A stretch of 64,000 bases of DNA from an uncultured Mycoplasma sp. (lineage in GTDB: Bacteria; Bacillota_I; Bacilli_A; RF39; UBA660), in the NCBI GenBank assembly GCA_947642635.1, contig CANRTI010000002.1, positions 56,765 to 120,764 of the forward strand, in the 5' to 3' direction. Below are positions 56,949 through 64,000 of the stretch, in pieces. Under the pieces are notes generated by a model, which worked only from the letters and a program-made list of their open reading frames with translations, did no database searches and was not told the origin of the DNA. The position numbers and the translations under genes were made by a program. Numbering within the stretch: position 1 is the first letter of the stretch; every line of letters starts with the position of its first letter.

Positions 56949-58192
56949 CATTTTATATCTTTTTTATTAAATTCTTTTGCTAAATAGCCATGGGTTAAAA
57001 GAAAATCATAACTTTTTTGTTCAATTACTAAATCATATTCACCAATAAATTCATATACACGAGGTTTAAATCCTAACTTAAATCGATTTAATCCTGCATA
57101 GGGATTATTTCTACTATTAAAATTACCAACAACTCCATTTAAATCTAAATAATCAAAGTTATCTTGATAATATTTAATTAAATTATAGTGTAAGAAATAA
57201 TTAGGAGCAAATCTTTTATATTCTTTATCATAACTACTAAAAATAATACTAGCTACATTACCATGTCTTATAACAAGAGCTCCAGCTAAATAATCGCTTT
57301 TATTTTCACTTATTCCTTTAGTTGCTTCCATTATGTCATTTTTATATGTTAATAAAGACTTATCACTACTCATTTTAGCATTAATAATTTTTTCTTGATT
57401 ATTATGAGAAAGTTTATTATTAAGTTTATTATTTTTTTCTAATTCAACATTGTAACAATATTGGCTATTTTCTAAAAAAGCTTCGTAGTCAATACTAACT
57501 AAAAATAAATCAATCGTGGCATTTTTATCAAAGACAGTATAAAAATCTTTATAATAAAATTCATCATGATCTTTTTTTAAACACATTAATTTATAAAAAT
57601 CACTAATCTTTTCTTGTGCTACTTTTTCAAAAACTAATCCTTTACGAACACTTTTCTTTATTTTATTTTTAGTGTTTTTTTCTAGTGAATGAACATTAAA
57701 AGATTTTAAATCGACAAAAGCATTATAGCGGGGTAATTTAGCTTCAAAATATAAATTGTTTGCTAGTCTTTTATAACCACAATTAGTTAAGGTGTTTTTA
57801 ATATCAGCACTAGAATTATAAATAACATTGTAATTATTTAAATCTATTTCTGCAATTGGTACATTTGGATTAATTTTAATAAATGAAACATGTTTCTTAT
57901 AATAATATTCTTTTAATTCTTTAGTAAATTTATCAACTAAAAATGTATTATTAAAATCAATTAAGAACCCTCTTGGAGCATAGCCATAGCTAAAACCGTG
58001 ACCAATACTTTTAATTAAAATCATCGCTGCTGCAAGAATATTATCATACTCATCAATAAGTCCTATTAAATCATAATCAAAATTGTTTTCAGCCATAAAA
58101 ATTCCAAAATTAATTGTTTGATAAAAATTAGATAATGGATGATATTTTTGAAAATTATTAAATTCCTCAATTGTTAAATCTCTTAAATGCAT
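56948..58192 (-). CDS. FemAB-family peptidoglycan interpeptide-bridge aminoacyltransferase
   Basis: ...F.QT..FG......, ...GYAPRGFLID..., ...A.S.GN.AS.IFS.......FAPNY.L....I.Y and ...DL.GV... The ~414-aa length fits FemX/FemA/FemB-like proteins. Confidence 0.8.
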   Translation of the reverse strand: MHLRDLTIEEFNNFQKYHPLSNFYQTINFGIFMAENNFDYDLIGLIDEYDNILAAAMILIKSIGHGFSYGYAPRGFLIDFNNTFLVDKFTKELKEYYYKKHVSFIKINPNVPIAEIDLNNYNVIYNSSADIKNTLTNCGYKRLANNLYFEAKLPRYNAFVDLKSFNVHSLEKNTKNKIKKSVRKGLVFEKVAQEKISDFYKLMCLKKDHDEFYYKDFYTVFDKNATIDLFLVSIDYEAFLENSQYCYNVELEKNNKLNNKLSHNNQEKIINAKMSSDKSLLTYKNDIMEATKGISENKSDYLAGALVIRHGNVASIIFSSYDKEYKRFAPNYFLHYNLIKYYQDNFDYLDLNGVVGNFNSRNNPYAGLNRFKLGFKPRVYEFIGEYDLVIEQKSYDFLLTHGYLAKEFNKKDIK

Positions 58193-58280
58193 ACTTCACC
58201 ACCTTTTAGTGCCTTATTATATCATATAATTCTTGATAATAAAAGAATTTGTAGTATAATTTTAAGTGTGGTGATTTTTT

Positions 58281-58832
58281 ATGGTAGAAAATTTTCTTGG
58301 GGAAGTTAAAGGGATATTTAATGTGATGACATTAATCGATTTATTGATATCCGTTATTTATATATTAGTTGGATTAATATTTTTTACAAGTCCAAGTATG
58401 AGTAATACAATCGTATCAGTAATTGTAGGGATAATTTTAATAGTTAATGGTATTGCAACACTTGTTTCCTTTTTTAAAAAAGGAGATATAATCTTATATA
58501 ATTATAATCTGTTATTTGGTATTGCTATAGTTTTATTAGGAATAATGGTTTTATTTTTAAAAAATATCATTACAATTTTAGCAGGTATTTATTTTATTGT
58601 TTTAGGAATTCAAAAACTTGGTTATGGAATTATGCTTAAAAAATTTAGTGAATCATCTTGGTTTTTTGTCATTATTATGGGTATCTTATTTGCCGTTATT
58701 GGGATAATTTCCTTCTTTACTGATAGCAAGTCTTTAACTATTGTTATAGGAATATGTCTATTAGGAACCGGTTTAATTAATTTTATCAATACATTATTAC
58801 TTCGAAGACGTAGTAAATATTTTATAGCATAA
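58281..58832 (+). CDS. HdeD/DUF308 family membrane protein
   Basis: Six TM helices with repeated ...GI.L.V.GI..L... motifs. Confidence 0.65.
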   Translation: MVENFLGEVKGIFNVMTLIDLLISVIYILVGLIFFTSPSMSNTIVSVIVGIILIVNGIATLVSFFKKGDIILYNYNLLFGIAIVLLGIMVLFLKNIITILAGIYFIVLGIQKLGYGIMLKKFSESSWFFVIIMGILFAVIGIISFFTDSKSLTIVIGICLLGTGLINFINTLLLRRRSKYFIA

Positions 58833-58840
58833 GTAAAATG

Positions 58841-58865
58841 GATGTGTCAAACACATCTTTTTTTA
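58841..58865 (+). terminator. Rho-independent terminator
   Basis: GATGTGT (58841-58847) pairs with ACACATC (58851-58857), followed by T7. Confidence 0.8.
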
Positions 58866-58912
58866 TTGTTAAATATTGTTAATTTGGATATACTAAAAGT
58901 ATGGTGGTTTAG

Positions 58913-60148
58913 ATGAATATAAAAGATATACATGCAAGAGAAATATTGGATAGTCGAGGTAATCCAACTGTTGAAGTAGAAATGCTTTTAGCTAATAATA
59001 TTAGTGCAACGGCATCAGTTCCAAGTGGTGCTTCAACTGGCGAAAAAGAAGCTTTAGAACTTCGAGATCAAGATAAAAATCGTTTTTTAGGAAAAGGTGT
59101 TTTAAATGCTGTTGCCAATGTTAATACTACGATAAGAGATGCCTTAATTGGGCAAAAATTAGATCAAGTTAATGTTGATAAAATCCTTTTAAAATTAGAT
59201 GGTACTCCTAATAAAAGTAATTTAGGAGCTAATGCAATGTTAGGAGTTTCTTTAGCTTGTTTAAAATGTTTAGCTAAATTACAAAACAAAGAGTTATATG
59301 AATATGTTACGTATGGAAAAGTTAATTTACCAATTCCAATGGTTAACATAATTAATGGTGGTGCTCATGCCAATAATAATCTAGATATTCAAGAATTTAT
59401 GATAGTTCCAATAGTTAAAGGTGAAAAAGAACGAATTCGAGCAGCTTGTGAAGTATTTCATACATTAAAAAAGATTATAAATGATAAGGGATTATCTACA
59501 GGAGTTGGTGATGAAGGTGGGTTTGCTCCAGCATTAAATAAAACAACTGAAGCTCTAGATTTAATTATGGATGCAATTAATGAAGCAAATTATCGACCAG
59601 GTAAAGACATTTTAATTGCCATTGATGCAGCTGCATCTGAAATGTATGATAAAAGTCGCAAAGTTTATGGAATTGATAATAAATTTTTAACAGCTAATGA
59701 ATTAGTTAAATATTATATTGAGTTAGTTCGAAATTATCCAATCATTAGCATTGAAGATCCATTTGAAGAGCATGATTTGGAAAGTTTAGCTGTTTTAACT
59801 AAACTAATTGGTGAAAAAGTAATGCTTGTTGGTGATGATTATTTTTGTACAAATGCTGCACTTTTAGAAACAGGTATAAATGCTAATGCAGGTAATGCTA
59901 TTCTTTTAAAAGCTAATCAAATTGGAACAGTATCTGAAATGACCAAAACCATAATGTTAGCTAAGAAAAATAATTACAAAGCAGTAATTAGTCATAGAAG
60001 TGGAGAAACAGATGATACATTTATTGCCGATTTAGCAGTAGGATTTGGAATTCCTTTTATTAAAACTGGCTCTGTTAGTCGTGGTGAACGTATTGTAAAA
60101 TATAATCGATTAATGAAAATTGAAGAATTATTAAATAATAAGAACTAG
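58913..60148 (+). CDS. eno: enolase (phosphopyruvate hydratase)
   Basis: M.I.DIHAREILDSRGNPTVEVE..., ...GDEGGFAP..., ...LLKANQIGT..E... and ...ISHRSGETDDTFIADLAV. Confidence 0.95.
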   Translation: MNIKDIHAREILDSRGNPTVEVEMLLANNISATASVPSGASTGEKEALELRDQDKNRFLGKGVLNAVANVNTTIRDALIGQKLDQVNVDKILLKLDGTPNKSNLGANAMLGVSLACLKCLAKLQNKELYEYVTYGKVNLPIPMVNIINGGAHANNNLDIQEFMIVPIVKGEKERIRAACEVFHTLKKIINDKGLSTGVGDEGGFAPALNKTTEALDLIMDAINEANYRPGKDILIAIDAAASEMYDKSRKVYGIDNKFLTANELVKYYIELVRNYPIISIEDPFEEHDLESLAVLTKLIGEKVMLVGDDYFCTNAALLETGINANAGNAILLKANQIGTVSEMTKTIMLAKKNNYKAVISHRSGETDDTFIADLAVGFGIPFIKTGSVSRGERIVKYNRLMKIEELLNNKN

Positions 60149-60165
60149 TAAATCTAGTTTTTTTA
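60143..60165 (+). terminator. short hairpin plus T tract overlapping the eno stop codon
   Basis: AACTAG (60143-60148) pairs with CTAGTT (60154-60159), followed by T7. Confidence 0.5.
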
Positions 60166-60192
60166 TTTTATAATAATTTATAGGTGATAATT

Positions 60193-63100
60193 ATGTTAAA
60201 ACAAGTTGATGGTAATGGAGCTTGCAGTAAGGTTGCTTACTTTTTTAGCGAAGTATGTAGTATTTATCCAATAACACCTTCTAGTCCGATGGCTTCTAAT
60301 GTTGATTATTTAACAAATACAGAAATGAAAAATTTGTTTAATAGTAAACCTCAAGTAATTGAAATGCAAAGTGAAGCTGGAGCCGCTGGGGCTATGCATG
60401 GAGCGCTATTATCTGGAAGTCTTGCTTCAACATTTACTGCTAGTCAAGGATTATTATTAATGATACCAAATATGTATAAAATGGCTGGTGAATGTTTACC
60501 AGGAGTAATTCATGTTGCTAGTAGAACAGTTGCTACTCATGCTCTATCTATTTTTGGCGATCATTCCGATATTTATGCTGCCAGACAAACCGGATTTTGT
60601 ATGCTTTCTAGTTCTAATGTTGAAGATGCCCAAAATTTAGCAGCTATTGCGCATTTAGCAAGTCTTAAAGGAAGTTTACCTTTTGTTCATTTTTTTGATG
60701 GGTTTCGAACAAGTCATGAATTAAATACGATAGCTGAAATACCATTTGTAGAATTATTAAAATTAGTTCCATTTGAAAGTATTACCAGTTTTAAAAAACG
60801 GGCTTTAAATGTTGGTACGAATATTCAATATGGTCTAGCTGAAAACGAAGATATTTATTTTCAATCTGTTGAAGGGCGTAACAATCTTTATAATCAAATG
60901 CCTGATATAGTTAATAATTATATGGAACAAATTAATGAAATTTTAAAAACTGATTATAAACCATTTAATTACTATGGTCATCTTAATGCTGAAAATATTA
61001 TAATTGCAATGGGTAGTGTTACTGATACTATTAAACAAGTTGTTACTGATTTAAATAACAAAGGAAAAAAAGTAGGATTTATAAATGTTCACTTATATCG
61101 ACCTTTTAGTATTAAATATTTGCTAGATGTTTTGCCAAAAAGTGTGAAAAATATTGCTGTTTTAGATCGAACAAAAGAAGCTGGAAGTATTGGAGAACCT
61201 TTATATTTAGATGTCCTAAGTGCTTTAAAAGATCAAAACGTTAATATAGTCGGAGGAAGATATGGCCTTGCTAGTAAAAATACTACTCCTAAAGATATTT
61301 ATAGTGTTTACTATATGTTAGAAAACAAATTACAAAATAATTTTACAATAGGTATTTTAGATGATGTTACTAATTTAAGTTTACCATTACAAGAATATAA
61401 TATTAACCTAGATGCTAAAGAATTAAAAATTTATGGTTTTGGTTCAGATGGTATGGTTAGTGCCAGTAAAGAAATACTAAAAATTATAGCTAAAGATGAA
61501 TATTACGTTCAAGGATATTTTGAATACGACTCTAAAAAAAGTGGAGGAGTTACGGTTTCCAATTTAAGATGGTCAAAAAATTCTATTAAAGCCCCTTACT
61601 ATGTTCAAAATCCAGAGATAGTGGTTGTTACCAAAGAAGAATATTTTCATAGTTTTCATGTTTTAGATGATCTTAAAGATAATGGGATATTACTAATTAA
61701 TACAAATAAAAATAATCAAGAACTAAATGGCTTTCTGCCAAATTCCATTAAAGAAATAATTAAAAAGAAAAACATTACAGTTTATTATATTGATGCTTCT
61801 AAAATTGCTTTAGATAATAATATTAATGGTAAAATAAATAAAATTATTGAAGTAGTAATTTTAAAACTTTTAAATATTAGTAATGCAGTAGATAAAGTTA
61901 ATGAGTTAATTAAAATAACATTTGTTACCAAAGGTGAAGAAATTGTTAATAATAATTTACAAGCTGTTGCTGATTCTCTTGATGCCTTAAAAGAATTAGA
62001 TATTACTATTAATGAAAATAATGAAAAAGAAAGGGAACAAAATATTTTTGAAAAGATTAATTCCCGTTTAGGAAATACTTTAAAGGTAAGTGAACTTATT
62101 CCTTATTGTACGGGTGCATTTCCTGGTGCTCTATCCAAGTATGAAAAAAGAAATACATCAGTAAGAGTACCTGTTTGGGATATTAATAAATGTATTCAGT
62201 GTGGACAATGTAATATTGTTTGTCCACATGGTGTTATTAGACCTTTATTATTAAAAGATGAAGTTGGTAAAGAATGTTTAGGTAATAAAGAATATAACTA
62301 CTACTTAGCAATTAGCGAAAAAGATTGTACTGGTTGTGGTTTATGTATCAAAACTTGTCCAACTAATGCTCTTAGTTTTGGAACGGGTAATAAGGAAAAT
62401 TTGGAAATTGTTGATAAATATTTTGACAGCCATAAAAATCCTGAAATTTTTAATAAATTTACTATAAAAGGTGCTAGTTTACAAAAAAGTTGCTTTGAAT
62501 TTAGTGGCGCGTGTGCTGGCTGTGGTGAAACTGCTTATTTAAAATTATTAACACAACTTTATAAAGATGAATTAGTTATTGCTAATGCAACAGGTTGTTC
62601 TTCAATTTATGGTGGTAGTGCTCCATCTACTCCTTATAGTATTCCTTGGGCTAATTCCTTATTTGAAGATAATGCAGAGTTTGCTTTTGGAATACATTTA
62701 TCTTATCAAAATAAACGGCAAAGAATTAAAGAAATAATGAAATTAAGTATGGACGCTGTTGATGAAGATGTCATAGAATTATATAATTTATGGTTAGATA
62801 ATATGATGGACACTAAAATTACTAGAACAGTTAAAGAAGAATTAAAAAACAAAGATATTCCTGAAGAGTTAAAAAATTTACTTGATTATGTACCATCTAG
62901 AACTGTTTGGATGGTTGGTGGCGATGGTTGGGCCTATGATATTGGTTTTGGAGGACTTGATCATGTAATGAATCAAAATGCCAATATTAAGTGTCTTGTA
63001 TTAGATACTGAAGTTTATTCAAATACTGGTGGTCAAATGAGTAAAGCAAGTAATATGGGAGCGGTTGCTGAATTTGCTGATTTTGGAAAGAAAACTTATA

Positions 63101-63528
63101 AGAAAGATTTATTCAAAATTGCTATGAGTTATCCTAATTGTTATGTAGGAAGTATTGCTTTAGGCAGTAATATTATGCAAACAATTAAAGTATTAAAAGA
63201 AGCTATGGAACATAATGGACCTGCGATAGTAATTGCTTATTCTACTTGTGTTGAACATGGAATTAAAAATGGTTTATCTTGTTCCTTAAGTGAACAAAAA
63301 TTAGCAGTCGATTCTGGTTATCAAATTTTAATGCATTATAACCCAGTTGAAGAAAAATTATATCTTGATAGTAAAGAACCTGATTTTAGTAAATATGAGG
63401 AATTTTTAAACAATGAAGTTCGGTTTAAATCTTTGAAAATAAAAAATAAGTCGTTAGCGACAAAACTTTTAGAAAGTCAAAAAGAATATGCTATAAAAAG
63501 ATATGAATATTATAAAAATCTAGTTTAG
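60193..63528 (+). CDS. nifJ: pyruvate:ferredoxin (flavodoxin) oxidoreductase, single-polypeptide NifJ/PFOR type
   Basis: ...DGNGA...VAY.FSEV..IYPITPSSPM...; two 4Fe-4S motifs (CIQCGQCNIVCP and CTGCGLCIKTCP); TPP domain ...GGDGWAYDIGFGGLDHV. The ATG at 60193 follows AGGTGA. Confidence 0.93.
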   Translation: MLKQVDGNGACSKVAYFFSEVCSIYPITPSSPMASNVDYLTNTEMKNLFNSKPQVIEMQSEAGAAGAMHGALLSGSLASTFTASQGLLLMIPNMYKMAGECLPGVIHVASRTVATHALSIFGDHSDIYAARQTGFCMLSSSNVEDAQNLAAIAHLASLKGSLPFVHFFDGFRTSHELNTIAEIPFVELLKLVPFESITSFKKRALNVGTNIQYGLAENEDIYFQSVEGRNNLYNQMPDIVNNYMEQINEILKTDYKPFNYYGHLNAENIIIAMGSVTDTIKQVVTDLNNKGKKVGFINVHLYRPFSIKYLLDVLPKSVKNIAVLDRTKEAGSIGEPLYLDVLSALKDQNVNIVGGRYGLASKNTTPKDIYSVYYMLENKLQNNFTIGILDDVTNLSLPLQEYNINLDAKELKIYGFGSDGMVSASKEILKIIAKDEYYVQGYFEYDSKKSGGVTVSNLRWSKNSIKAPYYVQNPEIVVVTKEEYFHSFHVLDDLKDNGILLINTNKNNQELNGFLPNSIKEIIKKKNITVYYIDASKIALDNNINGKINKIIEVVILKLLNISNAVDKVNELIKITFVTKGEEIVNNNLQAVADSLDALKELDITINENNEKEREQNIFEKINSRLGNTLKVSELIPYCTGAFPGALSKYEKRNTSVRVPVWDINKCIQCGQCNIVCPHGVIRPLLLKDEVGKECLGNKEYNYYLAISEKDCTGCGLCIKTCPTNALSFGTGNKENLEIVDKYFDSHKNPEIFNKFTIKGASLQKSCFEFSGACAGCGETAYLKLLTQLYKDELVIANATGCSSIYGGSAPSTPYSIPWANSLFEDNAEFAFGIHLSYQNKRQRIKEIMKLSMDAVDEDVIELYNLWLDNMMDTKITRTVKEELKNKDIPEELKNLLDYVPSRTVWMVGGDGWAYDIGFGGLDHVMNQNANIKCLVLDTEVYSNTGGQMSKASNMGAVAEFADFGKKTYKKDLFKIAMSYPNCYVGSIALGSNIMQTIKVLKEAMEHNGPAIVIAYSTCVEHGIKNGLSCSLSEQKLAVDSGYQILMHYNPVEEKLYLDSKEPDFSKYEEFLNNEVRFKSLKIKNKSLATKLLESQKEYAIKRYEYYKNLV

Positions 63529-63537
63529 ATAAAAATG

Positions 63538-63571
63538 CTATGTAACTCTTAAAAGTTATGTAGTTTTTTTA
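63538..63571 (+). terminator. Rho-independent terminator after nifJ
   Basis: CTATGTAACT (63538-63547) pairs with AGTTATGTAG (63554-63563) with two G-U pairs, followed by T7. Confidence 0.7.
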
Positions 63572-63654
63572 TTTATTTGAAAAATATAATAGATTATTCT
63601 ATTACAAGTATGATATACTTATTAATAATAGCAAAGTAGTAGAGGAGTTTAGGA

Positions 63655-64000
63655 ATGAAAAAAAGAATAATGTACATTATTTCATTAGGAATGATGTTAG
63701 TTTGTTTAACTGGGTGCGTTAAATTTAATGCCAATATGGAAATAAAGAAAGATAAATCGATGGCTTTTTCAATTATTTATGCTTTTGATAAAAGTTTATT
63801 TGGCAATACAGAATTGTTTAGTAGTGAAGATAAAAAGAAAATGGAAGATAGCGGATTTACTGTTAGCGATTATGAAGAAGGGAATTTTAAAGGATTTACC
63901 CTTACAAAAAATATTCAAAATATAGATATTTTAAGCACAAATAATGATGTTACTTATAGTTTATCAGGAATGTTAGATGAAAAAGAAGATGCCTATTTAT
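63655..64000 (+). CDS. putative lipoprotein, N-terminal part (3' end outside the window; not in the ORF track)
   Basis: Translates to MKKRIMYIISLGMMLVCLTGCVKFNANMEIKKDKS... with the lipobox LTGC. It is preceded by AGAGGAG. The frame stays open to the window end. Confidence 0.7.
   Translation, partial: MKKRIMYIISLGMMLVCLTGCVKFNANMEIKKDKSMAFSIIYAFDKSLFGNTELFSSEDKKKMEDSGFTVSDYEEGNFKGFTLTKNIQNIDILSTNNDVTYSLSGMLDEKEDAYL

Noticed and set aside
1-64000. Alternative genetic code (TGA = Trp, as in Mollicutes) given the very low GC content and compact gene order.
   Set aside because: All conserved genes translate full-length with the standard code. Trp is encoded by TGG in conserved positions, and several genes terminate at TGA at the expected length (for example map, adk, ftsE and ftsX).
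1-64000. CRISPR arrays, rRNA/tRNA genes, IS elements with inverted repeats, and prophage blocks.
   Set aside because: None was seen. The longest non-coding gaps are ~250 nt and are accounted for by promoters, leaders and terminators. No direct-repeat/spacer periodicity was noticed.

Overview
Very AT-rich, gene-dense bacterial chromosome segment read with the standard genetic code (TGG Trp is used throughout and no ORFs are broken at TGA). The gene content points to an endospore-forming Bacillota (Firmicutes) lineage with a compact genome: spo0A, gerQ, cwlD and a SpoVB-like flippase are present. I call 83 CDS, and 75 of them are on the + strand. Most of the window is core machinery. It holds pgk and gpmI with spo0A wedged between them, and a complete S10-spc-alpha ribosomal protein supercluster (rpsJ to rplQ, including secY, adk, map, infA, rpmJ, rpoA). 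It also holds the origin-proximal block soj-spo0J-DUF951-ychF-rpsF-ssb-rpsR-rplI-dnaB-yycJ-rlmH, then ung, ftsEX with a coiled-coil M23 hydrolase, yvcK-whiA, truA-rplM-rpsI-cwlD, argS, a FemAB-family gene, eno and a PFOR (nifJ-type) gene. I saw no rRNA, tRNA, CRISPR array or large DNA repeat. The best candidate for something undescribed is a three-gene insertion between rpsI and cwlD (48.2-50.8 kb). It encodes a DUF6884-like/GIY-YIG-like fusion protein, a 275-aa orphan and a deoxyinosine-type DNA glycosylase. Other notable items are two motif-dead, N-terminally truncated EcfA-like ORFs sitting where ecfA1-ecfA2-ecfT normally sits upstream of truA, and an HD (YwfO/SAMHD1-like)-CYTH fusion protein. 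There is also an Abi_2 gene translationally coupled to htrA, consensus 0A boxes and a perfect palindrome upstream of an atypically placed spo0A, and a 12+12 bp perfect inverted repeat over the -35 of the S10 operon promoter. All family assignments come from reading the translated ORFs by eye. No database search was run.
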